NCBI GenBank assembly: GCA_963674595.2
Contig: CAXXFV010000023.1
Span: 256,001-320,000, forward strand
Origin: a bacterium
GTDB lineage: Bacteria; Zhuqueibacterota; Zhuqueibacteria; Residuimicrobiales; Krinioviventaceae
Length of the DNA: 64,000 bases
Reading direction: 5' to 3'
Of this stretch, positions 38,018 through 48,102 are shown piece after piece. A model generated the notes under the pieces. It saw nothing but the letters and a program-made list of their open reading frames with translations. It ran no database searches and had not been told where the DNA came from. The translations under genes were made by a program, and so were the position numbers. The number at the start of each line of letters is the position of its first letter. The stretch's first letter is position 1.

Positions 38018-38377
38018 GTGCAGGGAAAAGAGTTAGCTCAACAAATTGCCCAACTTGTTTTGGATAAAAAAGGTTATGATGTCAAGATTTTGGATTTACG
38101 AAAACTGACAACCATGACCGATTATTTTGTTATATGTTCCGCCGATAGTGATGTTCAAATAAAAGCGATGGTGGAGCATATAAAGGATGAACTCATTTAT
38201 CAGTCTGTCAAACCCTGGCATACGGAAGGCGAACAGTCTTTAAACTGGGTGCTGATGGATTTTGTTGATGTTGTTGTTCACATTTTTATGCCGGATACAC
38301 GTGATTTTTATGAATTGGAGCGTCTGTGGGGAGATGCGGTTATGACGGAAGTTAAGGATGATAATGAAACCACATGA
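38018..38377 (+). CDS. rsfS: Ribosome silencing factor
   Basis: DKKG, DYFVICS, WVLMD, VVHIF, RDFYELERLW. Confidence 0.96.
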   Translation: MQGKELAQQIAQLVLDKKGYDVKILDLRKLTTMTDYFVICSADSDVQIKAMVEHIKDELIYQSVKPWHTEGEQSLNWVLMDFVDVVVHIFMPDTRDFYELERLWGDAVMTEVKDDNETT

Positions 38378-40016
38378 TTATATACAGAATTGCATACGCC
38401 AGGCACTGGTAAAATTAAATATTGAACTTGATGATGAAAAAATGCTGAGTTTAGAAAAACCCAAACAAAGTGATTTTGGCGATATTGCCACACCGATTGC
38501 CATGAACCTGGCTCGTGTTGTTCGTCAGGCACCGCGAAAAATTGCTGAAAGTTTGATCGAAAATTTTGATATTGATACATATTATATTGAAAAAGTAGAA
38601 ATAGCCGGCCCGGGATTTTTAAATTTTTATTTGTCCAAATCCTGTTTACAGGATTCCATTCTTGACATTTTGCAGCAGGGTGAAAATTACGGTAAAGGTC
38701 AACAGGATAATCCGCAAAAAATCCAGTTCGAGTTTGTCAGTGCCAATCCAACCGGTCCGTTGAATATTGTCAGCGCCAGGGCGGCAGCCGTTGGTGATGT
38801 ATTATCTTCGCTTTGCACCCAGGCCGGTCACTCTGTGCACCGGGAATTTTATGTTAACGACGCAGGCCGACAGGTCCGGTTACTCGGCAAATCCCTGAGT
38901 GCTCGTTATCTGACCGCATGCGGCATGCCGCAAGATGTACCGGAAGACGGATATCACGGCGAATATTTAATTGATTTGGCCAAATCGATTTTTGATAAAG
39001 ATGGAAATAAATATTGTGATTTGGACGCCGAATCACGAGAGCAGGCATTAAGCCGGATTGCATTGGATTATATGACCGGCCGCCAAAAAGAAAGCATGAA
39101 AAAATATCGCCTGGAATATGATAACTGGTTCAGCGAAAGCACCCTTCGGGAAGAGAACGCGCACGAACGGGTCCTGCTAAAACTGGAACAGGGTGGATAT
39201 ACCTATTCTCAGGATGGTGCGCTTTGGTTCAAATCGAGTGATTTTGGTGATGAAAAAGACCGTGTTCTGATTACCAGCGAAGGCGAGCCCACCTATTTTT
39301 TAATTGATATTGCCTATCATGAAACCAAATATGAACGAGGTTTTGAAAAATTATATGACCTGTGGGGACCGGACCATCACGGATATATTCCCCGTATGAA
39401 AGCGGCCCTTCAGGCATTAGGGCATCCGGAAGACAGTTTTCAAGTCCATATAATTCAGCAGGTGAATCTGTTAAGGGACGGCCAACCTGTTAAAATGTCC
39501 AAAAGAGCGGGCAAGATTATAGAAATGGACGAGTTGATTGAAGAAGTCGGCGTTGATGCCGCGCGTTACTTTTTTGTTGACCGCCGCATGTCGCAGCCGC
39601 TGGATTTTGATATCGAATTGGCTAAAAAACAATCCGATGAAAATCCGGTTTACTATGTACAATATGCCCATGCCCGAATCAGCAATGTTATAAGATTTGC
39701 TCAGGAAAGCGGTGTGGATATTCCTGAAAAAGCTGATGTAACACTTTTGGAAAATGAACGTGAATTTGAATTGATTAAAAAGCTGTTGGACTTGCCGGAA
39801 CTGATTTCCAAAGCAGCTTTCTTTTTGGAACCGCACCGGGTTACAAACTATCTGCATGAAACAGCAACAATTTTTCATCGCTTTTATCATGACAACCGTG
39901 TTGTTACGGAAGATAAAGAATTGACCCATGCCCGGTTGTTATTATGTAAAGCCACGAAACAAGTTCTTGCAAATGGATTGAAAATATTGGGCGTATCTGC
40001 GCCGGAAAATATGTAA
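38364..40016 (+). CDS. argS: Arginine--tRNA ligase
   Basis: AGPGFLNF, EFVSANPTGPL, YVNDAGRQ, GPDHHGY, KMSKRAG, YVQYAHAR, LGVSAPENM. Confidence 0.97.
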   Translation: MKPHDYIQNCIRQALVKLNIELDDEKMLSLEKPKQSDFGDIATPIAMNLARVVRQAPRKIAESLIENFDIDTYYIEKVEIAGPGFLNFYLSKSCLQDSILDILQQGENYGKGQQDNPQKIQFEFVSANPTGPLNIVSARAAAVGDVLSSLCTQAGHSVHREFYVNDAGRQVRLLGKSLSARYLTACGMPQDVPEDGYHGEYLIDLAKSIFDKDGNKYCDLDAESREQALSRIALDYMTGRQKESMKKYRLEYDNWFSESTLREENAHERVLLKLEQGGYTYSQDGALWFKSSDFGDEKDRVLITSEGEPTYFLIDIAYHETKYERGFEKLYDLWGPDHHGYIPRMKAALQALGHPEDSFQVHIIQQVNLLRDGQPVKMSKRAGKIIEMDELIEEVGVDAARYFFVDRRMSQPLDFDIELAKKQSDENPVYYVQYAHARISNVIRFAQESGVDIPEKADVTLLENEREFELIKKLLDLPELISKAAFFLEPHRVTNYLHETATIFHRFYHDNRVVTEDKELTHARLLLCKATKQVLANGLKILGVSAPENM

Positions 40017-40043
40017 TAATTTAAGAAAAAGGATATCGATATT

Positions 40044-40964
40044 ATGAGTTTGCTAGTTGTCGGTTCGGTTGCCTATGATTCTGTAGAAACACCCTTTGAT
40101 CAGGTTGATGACGCTTTGGGTGGTTCCGCTACTTTTTTTTCAGCAGCCGCAAGTTATTTTGTTCCTGTAAATTTGGTTGCCGTGGTCGGAGAAGATTTTA
40201 ATCAGGATGATATTGCCTTTCTTAAAAAACGAAACGTCAATTTTGACGGATTGACGACCGAACCGGGAGAGACCTTTCGTTGGAAAGGTAAATATCTGGA
40301 AAATATGATCGACCGGGAAACGATCTATACTCATTTGAATGTTTTTGAAAAATTTAATCCGGTTTTGCCGGATCAATATAAATCCAGTGATTATGTTTTT
40401 CTGGCCAACATAAGCCCGGACTTGCAGTTAAATGTTGTTAACCAGGTATCAAAACCAAAGTTTGTCGCCCTGGATACCATGAACTATTGGATAACCGGTA
40501 CCCCGGATGATCTTAAAAAAACGCTAGCCGTCGTTGATGCGGTTATGATAAATGATTCTGAAGTGCGGTTGTTATCGGGTGAGAGCAATCTTTTCAAAGG
40601 AGCTAAAATTGTTCAGGAAATGGGCCCGAAAACACTTATCGTAAAAAAGGGTGAGCACGGCGCTATTCTTGTTCATAATGACAGCTATTTTATGTGTCCG
40701 GCCATTCCGGTTACAAATTTATTTGATCCGACAGGCGCAGGTGATACCTTTGCCGGTGGTTTTATGGGATATTTGGCAAAATGCGGTGATATTAGTGAAA
40801 AGAGTTTAAAACAAGCCGTCATCGCAGCTACAGCCTTGGCTTCATTTTCTGTGGAAGCATTCAGTATGGACCGCCTTAAAAATTTGAGCAATGCCGAAAT
40901 TAATGATCGTATTCAGCAATTGCTGACATTAATTAAAGTGGAAGACGCCGTAAACTGGGTATAA
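40044..40964 (+). CDS. PfkB-family sugar/nucleoside kinase
   Basis: LGGSA, DTMNYWI, NDSE, KKGEHG, DPTGAGDTFAGGF. Confidence 0.93.
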   Translation: MSLLVVGSVAYDSVETPFDQVDDALGGSATFFSAAASYFVPVNLVAVVGEDFNQDDIAFLKKRNVNFDGLTTEPGETFRWKGKYLENMIDRETIYTHLNVFEKFNPVLPDQYKSSDYVFLANISPDLQLNVVNQVSKPKFVALDTMNYWITGTPDDLKKTLAVVDAVMINDSEVRLLSGESNLFKGAKIVQEMGPKTLIVKKGEHGAILVHNDSYFMCPAIPVTNLFDPTGAGDTFAGGFMGYLAKCGDISEKSLKQAVIAATALASFSVEAFSMDRLKNLSNAEINDRIQQLLTLIKVEDAVNWV

Positions 40965-40968
40965 CAAA

Positions 40969-41388
40969 ATGAAAATAGTAACGGATTTTATCGCCATTTC
41001 TACAAAGGGTGATACGGACATTATAGATATTACGGGAAATGTTGAAAACCGTTTGGAAGAATCCGGTCTTAAACAGGGGACTGTTACTTTTTTTGTCTCC
41101 GGTTCTACAGCCGGTATTACGACAATTGAATATGAACCGGGATTGTTGAATGATCTTCCCGAAACCTTTGATAAAATTGCGCCCAAAGGCGCTCGATATC
41201 ACCACGATGCGACCTGGGGCGATGGCAATGGTTACTCGCATGTGCGGGCTGCCATGTTGGGAGCTTCATTAGTAGTGCCCTTCCAAAACGGCAGAATGCT
41301 GTTGGGGACCTGGCAGCAAATTGTTGTTATCGATTTTGACAACAGGCCCCGGCAGAGAAAAATTGTCATGCAAATTAACGGAGAATGA
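40969..41388 (+). CDS. yjbQ: YjbQ / UPF0047 family protein (secondary thiamine-phosphate synthase)
   Basis: GSTAGITTIEYE, YHHD..GDGNGYSH, LGTWQQI..DFD. Confidence 0.92.
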   Translation: MKIVTDFIAISTKGDTDIIDITGNVENRLEESGLKQGTVTFFVSGSTAGITTIEYEPGLLNDLPETFDKIAPKGARYHHDATWGDGNGYSHVRAAMLGASLVVPFQNGRMLLGTWQQIVVIDFDNRPRQRKIVMQINGE

Positions 41389-41409
41389 GCCCTGTCACAG
41401 CAGGGCTTT
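41388..41409 (+). terminator. Weak hairpin terminator after yjbQ
   Basis: AGCCCTG-TCACAG-CAGGGCT followed by only a short T run. Confidence 0.4.
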
Positions 41410-41436
41410 GTACTGTAGAGTTGAAATATAGAAATA

Positions 41437-42237
41437 ATGATAGAATTTGATCACGTAACGTTTTTTTATGGTCAGGAAACATCTGAGCAGAATATGATTT
41501 TGAATAATGTTTCTCTGTCCATTCAGCCCGGGGAATTTGTGGTTATGATGGGGGCTAATGGGTCCGGCAAAACAACATTATCAAGATGTATAAACGGGCT
41601 TTTGTTGCCTGCACAAGGTGATGTAAAAGTCGACGATTTTAATACAAAAGATGAAAAAAATCTCCTGCAAATTAGACGTCTTGTCGGTATGGTTTTTCAG
41701 AATCCAGACAACCAGATTGTTTCTACTACCGTAGAACGTGAAATCGCGTTTGGATTGGAAAATTTAGGCATTTCATATGAAGAAATGCACAAAAGAGTAA
41801 ACAAGGTATTGGCTGATTTTCATTTATCGCCATATCGATCAAAATCGCCGCATTATTTATCCGGTGGCGAAAAACAGCGTTTGGCATTGGCTTCTGTTAT
41901 GGCCATGCGTCCTAAATATTTGGTTTTGGATGAGCCGACATCATTGTTGGACCCTAAAAACCGAAAAAAAATATTAGGATTTATTAAAAACTTGCATGAG
42001 CAGCAAAATGAAAAATCCGAAACCGCTATTGCAACTGTTTTGATAACGCAATTTCCTGAAGAGGCTTTAATAGCAGACAGACTTGTTGTGATGAGCCAGG
42101 GAAAAATTGTTATGGATGACAGTCCAGATAAGGTTTTTCAACAGGCAGATCAACTGGAAACTATCGGATTAGCACCTCCTGTGAGTTATTTATTAAAAGA
42201 TGTTCTGAAACGTTATAATTATTTTGATAATAGTTAA
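41437..42237 (+). CDS. ecfA: Energy-coupling factor transporter ATPase (EcfA1/CbiO)
   Basis: GANGSGKTT, VGMVFQNPDNQIV..VEREIAFGLEN, LSGGEKQR, LDEPTSLLDP. Confidence 0.9.
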   Translation: MIEFDHVTFFYGQETSEQNMILNNVSLSIQPGEFVVMMGANGSGKTTLSRCINGLLLPAQGDVKVDDFNTKDEKNLLQIRRLVGMVFQNPDNQIVSTTVEREIAFGLENLGISYEEMHKRVNKVLADFHLSPYRSKSPHYLSGGEKQRLALASVMAMRPKYLVLDEPTSLLDPKNRKKILGFIKNLHEQQNEKSETAIATVLITQFPEEALIADRLVVMSQGKIVMDDSPDKVFQQADQLETIGLAPPVSYLLKDVLKRYNYFDNS

Positions 42238-42253
42238 ATTCACCAATGAATTA

Positions 42254-42282
42254 TTGACATTGAATTTTATTTCATCTATATT
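42254..42282 (+). promoter_or_regulatory. Sigma-70-type promoter upstream of the M64 peptidase
   Basis: TTGACA-N17-TATATT. Confidence 0.55.
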
Positions 42283-42342
42283 ATCTCATCCGGTTCCCGC
42301 ATCCTCTGCTATTGCATCCAAAACTAAAATTTTTAATAGATT

Positions 42343-43767
42343 ATGACAAAAAGAAATAAATATTTTATTATTTGCTTATTTATTTTATTTGCTTTGCAAT
42401 CAGCCTTTGCCATCGTGTATGATGACTATTTTCATACGAACACTCTTCGTATCGATTATTTTCATACGGGCACAGCAAATAATGAATTTTTCAGTATCGA
42501 TGAGATTAAAGTTGAAGATGAATGGCCGGGAAGCAGGCATAATCTGATAGATACGTTAAATCTCGGCAAGTATCTTATAAAAATTTATGACTTGAAAACA
42601 AATCAGTTGATTTTTTCCAAAGGTTATTGCACTATTTTTGGTGAATGGCAGACAACTGATGAAGCACAAAATATATATAAAACTTTTCATGAAACGATTC
42701 GTTGCCCTTTGCCGAAAAGAAAAATTCAATTGACCATTGACGTACGTAACAGGGATAACGTTTTTATAAACAAGTATTCTACTGTTATAGATCCGGATTC
42801 CAGGTTTGTAAACCGGCAAAAGCAAAACTTGAACTATCATAAAGAAGCTGTTATAAATAACGGTGATCCGGGGAAAAAAGTTGATCTTGTGATCCTGGGT
42901 GACGGTTATACTGAAAATGAATTGGAAAAGTTTAAAAATCAGGTGAATTATTTTCTAGATGTTTTGTTTAAAGTTAAACCCTTTGATAAATACAAATCAT
43001 CTTTTAATGTCTGGAGAATTGACACGCCGTCAACCGATACCGGGATTGACGAACCCAGGCTGAATAAATGGAAAAGTACCGTTTTTGAAACAGGCTATAA
43101 TTCGCTGGATTCACCGAGGTATATTCTGACGCAATCAAACAAAGTGTTGCACGATGTTGCGGCTATGGTACCCTATGACTATATTTATATTATGGTAAAT
43201 TCCTCCCGTTATGGCGGAGGCGGTATTTATAACTGCATGGCAACGTCCTATACAGACAGCAAAAACAATGATCCGAAATGGTGGCCGGATTATGTTTTTG
43301 TCCATGAATTCGGGCATTTATTCGCCGGACTCGGAGATGAGTATTATTCGTCAAATGTGGCTTATACTGATTTTTATCCGATAGGTGTTGATCTCTGGGA
43401 ACCGAATATCACGGCTTTTACCGAACGGGAAAAAATTAAATGGGCTGATTTAATTAAAAACGATACGCCCTTACCAACACCATGGGACAAAGCAAAATAT
43501 GATTCTTTGAGTAATATATTATCAAACATAGATCGTCAATCAGAAGAATATGTTATAAAATCGAATGAATTGAAACCTTTTCAACAAAAAATTTTACAGA
43601 ATAATAGAGTAAGTGGTGTTGTTGGATGTTTTGAGGGGGCAGGTTATGTTTCTGAAGGTCTGTATAGACCTGGTATCGATTGTCGAATGTTTTCCAAAAC
43701 GGTTGGAGATTTCTGTCCTGTTTGCCAGGCAGCTATCATTCGAATGATCGGTTACTATTCTAATTAG
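42343..43767 (+). CDS. Peptidase M64 (IgA peptidase family), secreted
   Basis: Signal peptide; TLRIDYFHTG N-domain; GDGYT, YGGGG, HEFGHLFAGLGDEY, EGAGY, FCPVCQ. Confidence 0.93.
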   Translation: MTKRNKYFIICLFILFALQSAFAIVYDDYFHTNTLRIDYFHTGTANNEFFSIDEIKVEDEWPGSRHNLIDTLNLGKYLIKIYDLKTNQLIFSKGYCTIFGEWQTTDEAQNIYKTFHETIRCPLPKRKIQLTIDVRNRDNVFINKYSTVIDPDSRFVNRQKQNLNYHKEAVINNGDPGKKVDLVILGDGYTENELEKFKNQVNYFLDVLFKVKPFDKYKSSFNVWRIDTPSTDTGIDEPRLNKWKSTVFETGYNSLDSPRYILTQSNKVLHDVAAMVPYDYIYIMVNSSRYGGGGIYNCMATSYTDSKNNDPKWWPDYVFVHEFGHLFAGLGDEYYSSNVAYTDFYPIGVDLWEPNITAFTEREKIKWADLIKNDTPLPTPWDKAKYDSLSNILSNIDRQSEEYVIKSNELKPFQQKILQNNRVSGVVGCFEGAGYVSEGLYRPGIDCRMFSKTVGDFCPVCQAAIIRMIGYYSN

Positions 43768-43811
43768 TTGGGTTGGGTTGTGTTTTGTGGTTTAGACAAA
43801 GGAAAAATGAC

Positions 43812-46800
43812 TTGAATATTGATACCTATAAATTAACTGATTTGGTTGAATCAGTTGTCTTACAACAGGTACAAAATACCTATACATTAAAAAATCAAAT
43901 GGGGATTGCCATTTTTGATGATATGGGACATTTAGTTACACAGCCGTTTCAAAGCGTGTCTTTTCAAACAGACGTTCCATCATCGCTTATGAAACGATTT
44001 TTTAATATGTTCCTGGATTTTATTCCGGATAAAAATGACGCCAATTTTTTTGACGGCAAAACAATATTTTCAAGTTTTGCCAATGGATTGGTCATAAGGG
44101 CCTTTATTCCTGTCATGTTTCAGGATAGTTTGTTAGGTCTATTGGGTTTTGTAAAATATCAGCGACCTGTTGACGAAAAACTGGTACGTCATTGGGTGCA
44201 GATGTTTGAACAGAGTGAAAATAAGGAATCCGCTTTTCTGACTTTTATGGACTCGGAACCTCCTGTTTTGAGTAACGAACTTCATAATGTTCTTGATGAG
44301 TTTAAGACAAAAATATATTCTCAAGTTGAAGCCGGTTGGGAACGGTTGAAATATAAACAAAACGGGGAATCTCATTTTGATTATGACGAGACAGAGTTTG
44401 AGAAGGAAAGTGATCTTACAATATCCGTTTCCGGTGATTTAATTTATTGTTCCAAAACTTTGGCCCAACAGTTGGGTTATGATCATGTAGATGAAATATT
44501 TGGATTAAATTTTATTAACTCATTTATCATCGATGAGCATACCAGGTTTACGTTAAAGACGTTTTTGCTTGAAAAAGATGAAATTGACTGGCGTCCTTTA
44601 CAGCTTGAAAAAAAGGACGGTTCAACGTGTGTTTTGTTTTTTAAATTTGTCCCGAGAAATACGGACATAACAAACCTGTTTGAATATGATGGATTTGTAA
44701 AAAAGAATATTAATACGGATTCTGAACGGGCTGAAATTGAAAAAGACAAATCAGCCATTGAAGTGATTAATCAGAGATTGTCTGAAACGGAATCTATTGC
44801 AGATACATTACAAAATGAGATGCATGCTGTTATCGATTATCATGATGAACCTGTATTGGATACGGACCAGGTTGTAGAGATAGAAGATAAGGAAGATAAC
44901 GAACCTCAGACCGATCAGGAAATATCATTTACACAATCATTTCGCGGTGTTGCCCAAATTCTGGACACCGTCCCCTATCCTCTTTTTGTCATTGATGAAA
45001 ATGATCAGATATGTGTCTGGAACAATCTGGTTGAAAATATATTTGACATTTTGGCTTTGTCGGTCCTTTCGACAAATTTTTCAAATTTACTTCTTGGCGA
45101 GGCACAGGTCAAATGGGACGAATGGATAAAAACATTTCGTAACAGTAAAAAACAAAAAGAACTGCACCCAAAAGAAAATATTTCCTTGTTGGATAGAAAC
45201 GGCAATATTATAAAGGCCAAAGTACAATTATCAAAGAATTTGATAATCGGTAAAGAATTTATCTCTGTAACCATTAATGAGTGGGAAAAGGTTAAAGAAG
45301 GTAAAAAGCTAAAACAAACAAGTAAAATTGACAAGAAAAATGTCGATGCTACTATTTTTTCGGATAATGAAGGCAAGATATTATATGCCAACGATTCGAC
45401 TATAAAATTATTAAACGAAAAAAATGAAAAAATATTAGCCCTTTATATACATGATCTTTTTAGGGATATTGACGTTAAACTACCGGATGATATAAACAGG
45501 AAAATCCGTGTTGATAAAGCAATAAACCAAAATGTACGGTTTATGCCTGAATTTTTGGACGGGGCTAAAGTTACATTGTCCGTGCAAATGATTGAAAATT
45601 ACGAAAACGATGATCAATTTTTATTGTGGACAATTCACGAAATTGAACCGGTCATCGAAAAAGTCCATGAAGAGCCCGCTGTACCCAAAACGACACCGGC
45701 TAAAAATGTCCAAAAATTGGATGAAATGATTCAGTTTACTAAAAATGCTTCATTTAATATCAATTATATATCATCAGAACTGGATGACCAGATAAAACAA
45801 TTGAAAAATGAAGATACAAGCCAATCAATTTCCCAGATCATAGAAAACCTTGAAAAGCTTTCCGATAAAGTAAAATTTATGCACAATCGGTTAGAGTCAT
45901 TTTCAAGGACCAAAAAAGTCAGCTCTCAATCCATTCATTTAAATAAAGTCGTTAAAAAAGCTCTGGAATTTATTAAAGAAAAACTGCCCTATGACATTAC
46001 CATAAAACTGGATTTGGATGAAAGTTTGGATGTAATGCCGGGAGATTTTGAACTTTTATCACAGGTTGTTCAAACACTGTGTTTCAATTCCTTTGAGGCA
46101 ATGCCCGATGGAGGCGATTTATATATTTGTACTTTTTCAAGTTTACATCCGCAAGTAGATCCTAAAATAATTCCGGATGACGAACAGCAATATAATATAT
46201 TACAAGTTAAAGATAATGGCAGGGGAATTTCCAAAGCTATTCGTCCGCATTTATTTGAACCATTTATGACAACCAAAATGAATTTGCCGGGTGCCGGACT
46301 AAATCTGTCGGCAGTTTATGGAATTATTAAAAATCATGACGGTCATATTAATATCAAGACAAAAGATGATGAGGGGACGACCTTTACGATTTTTTTACCG
46401 GTTAAAAAACAGGAACCTGCAAGCCCTTCTATCGAAGGACCATCACAAGGCTTACACGAAACCATATTACTTATTGATGATGATACCGGAATTGTGGAAG
46501 TAAATTCGATTACCTTGAAACATTTTGGTTACTCTGTTATAACGGCCCTTACCGCAGAAGAAGGACTGGCGCTGGTTAAAAAATACGCTCCGGCAATAGA
46601 TTTGATTATACTGGATGTTACGTTGCCTGACATGCCAGGGTCCGAATGTGCTCTGAAAATTCATGATCTGATACCGGGAACTCCTGTTATTTTGTCAAGC
46701 GGTTATCATTATGATGACAATCTTTTGAGTATCATGGACCAGATTGGTGCAAAATGGCTGCAAAAACCATTTACAACCAAAGTACTTTTGGAAAATGTTC

Positions 46801-46829
46801 AGGAAATGCTGGTTAAGCGTAAAAACTAA
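43812..46829 (+). CDS. Hybrid PAS-HATPase-REC sensor protein with degenerate H-box
   Basis: N-terminal PocR-like sensor, PAS-like repeats, NSFEAMPDGG, DNGRGI, FEPFMTTK, and C-terminal receiver (IDDD..LDVTLP..SSG..KPF). TTG start at 43812 after an AAGGA RBS (ORF track 43773). Confidence 0.85.
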   Translation: MNIDTYKLTDLVESVVLQQVQNTYTLKNQMGIAIFDDMGHLVTQPFQSVSFQTDVPSSLMKRFFNMFLDFIPDKNDANFFDGKTIFSSFANGLVIRAFIPVMFQDSLLGLLGFVKYQRPVDEKLVRHWVQMFEQSENKESAFLTFMDSEPPVLSNELHNVLDEFKTKIYSQVEAGWERLKYKQNGESHFDYDETEFEKESDLTISVSGDLIYCSKTLAQQLGYDHVDEIFGLNFINSFIIDEHTRFTLKTFLLEKDEIDWRPLQLEKKDGSTCVLFFKFVPRNTDITNLFEYDGFVKKNINTDSERAEIEKDKSAIEVINQRLSETESIADTLQNEMHAVIDYHDEPVLDTDQVVEIEDKEDNEPQTDQEISFTQSFRGVAQILDTVPYPLFVIDENDQICVWNNLVENIFDILALSVLSTNFSNLLLGEAQVKWDEWIKTFRNSKKQKELHPKENISLLDRNGNIIKAKVQLSKNLIIGKEFISVTINEWEKVKEGKKLKQTSKIDKKNVDATIFSDNEGKILYANDSTIKLLNEKNEKILALYIHDLFRDIDVKLPDDINRKIRVDKAINQNVRFMPEFLDGAKVTLSVQMIENYENDDQFLLWTIHEIEPVIEKVHEEPAVPKTTPAKNVQKLDEMIQFTKNASFNINYISSELDDQIKQLKNEDTSQSISQIIENLEKLSDKVKFMHNRLESFSRTKKVSSQSIHLNKVVKKALEFIKEKLPYDITIKLDLDESLDVMPGDFELLSQVVQTLCFNSFEAMPDGGDLYICTFSSLHPQVDPKIIPDDEQQYNILQVKDNGRGISKAIRPHLFEPFMTTKMNLPGAGLNLSAVYGIIKNHDGHINIKTKDDEGTTFTIFLPVKKQEPASPSIEGPSQGLHETILLIDDDTGIVEVNSITLKHFGYSVITALTAEEGLALVKKYAPAIDLIILDVTLPDMPGSECALKIHDLIPGTPVILSSGYHYDDNLLSIMDQIGAKWLQKPFTTKVLLENVQEMLVKRKN

Positions 46830-46937
46830 ATTCTGCTCATTTTGCTTACTCGTTGAATATCGGTTTCGTGTTGAATAAAAAACATTTTTAATGTATATTC
46901 TGACTTGACGTATTGACATCGTCTTATATGGAAAATT

Positions 46938-48059
46938 ATGACAGAAAAAAAGATTGCTGATTATTTAAGATCAAATACTGTTAAAAATATTTTTGATGTT
47001 CTTTATTTACTCGCGATAGTATACTTGTTCCTGTTTAGTATTAATCTTTTGGGGCATTCATTCAAATTATTCGGAAAAGGATTTGCAGAAAACATCTTGT
47101 CAACAACGGCGAATCCCTTTCTTGGTCTGTTTTTAGGTATATTCGCAACGAGTATTATTCAAAGTTCTTCAACAACCACATCCATTATCGTTGGGCTTGT
47201 TGCCGCCGGCGGCCTCTCTTTGAACAATGCCATACCAATGGTTATGGGGGCGAATGTTGGTACAACCGTTACCAATATAATCGTTTCATTTGGTCACGCC
47301 ACCAGGCGGGCCGAATTTCGCAGGGCTTTCTCTGCCGCTATTGTGCATGATATTTTTAACGTGTTTAGTGTTCTCTTGTTATTTCCGTTGGAATTAAAAT
47401 TTCATCCCATTGCCAAAGCCGCTACGCTGCTTGGTGACGGATTTGTCGGTATGGGAGGCTTGAAATTATTTAATCCTCTCAAATTTATCATTAATCCGGC
47501 CATCAAGCTGATGGATATACTATTGGGAGACTTTTCTTTTGCCGCCCCATTAATGACCATTTTATCTCTGGTGTTTTTATTTATTGCACTGGCTCAACTC
47601 GTCCGTAAGATCAGGTCTTTGGTAATGGGAAGGATTGAAGTTATAGTTGACCGTTATCTCTTCGGCAAAGACATAATGAGTTTTGTTCTCGGAATTGTGG
47701 TCACTGCAATTGTGCAAAGCAGCTCTGTTACCACTTCTTTAGTTGTACCGCTTGCCGGGGCCGGTTTGTTGCAGGTACGCCAGGTTTTTCCATTTACGTT
47801 GGGGGCAAATATTGGAACGACCGTTACAGCTATTATTGCCGCGCTCGCTACGAATAATGTCGTATCTGTGACAGTCGCTTTTGCACACTTGTTTTTTAAT
47901 ATTTTTGGTATTATTATTTTTTATCCGATACGGTTTATCCCTATTAATTTGGCTCTCAGGGCTGGTGAATTTGCCGGCAGAGCGCAACGAAATGTATATA
48001 TTATTATCGGTTGTTTTATTGCTATATATTTAATTCCAATTGCTTTTTTCCTGTTTTAA
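46938..48059 (+). CDS. Na+/phosphate cotransporter (NptA/SLC34 family)
   Basis: Two inverted repeats QSSSTTTS..GANVGTT and QSSSVTTS..GANIGTT. Confidence 0.93.
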   Translation: MTEKKIADYLRSNTVKNIFDVLYLLAIVYLFLFSINLLGHSFKLFGKGFAENILSTTANPFLGLFLGIFATSIIQSSSTTTSIIVGLVAAGGLSLNNAIPMVMGANVGTTVTNIIVSFGHATRRAEFRRAFSAAIVHDIFNVFSVLLLFPLELKFHPIAKAATLLGDGFVGMGGLKLFNPLKFIINPAIKLMDILLGDFSFAAPLMTILSLVFLFIALAQLVRKIRSLVMGRIEVIVDRYLFGKDIMSFVLGIVVTAIVQSSSVTTSLVVPLAGAGLLQVRQVFPFTLGANIGTTVTAIIAALATNNVVSVTVAFAHLFFNIFGIIIFYPIRFIPINLALRAGEFAGRAQRNVYIIIGCFIAIYLIPIAFFLF

Positions 48060-48102
48060 AAATGAAATGCATCTTGGAATAAATACGGTTTTTGGAGGTT
48101 TT

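Noticed and set aside
46895-46925. TGAC repeats upstream of the Na/Pi transporter as a PHO box
   Set aside because: The spacing is 5 and 8 nt, not the 11-nt period of PHO boxes.
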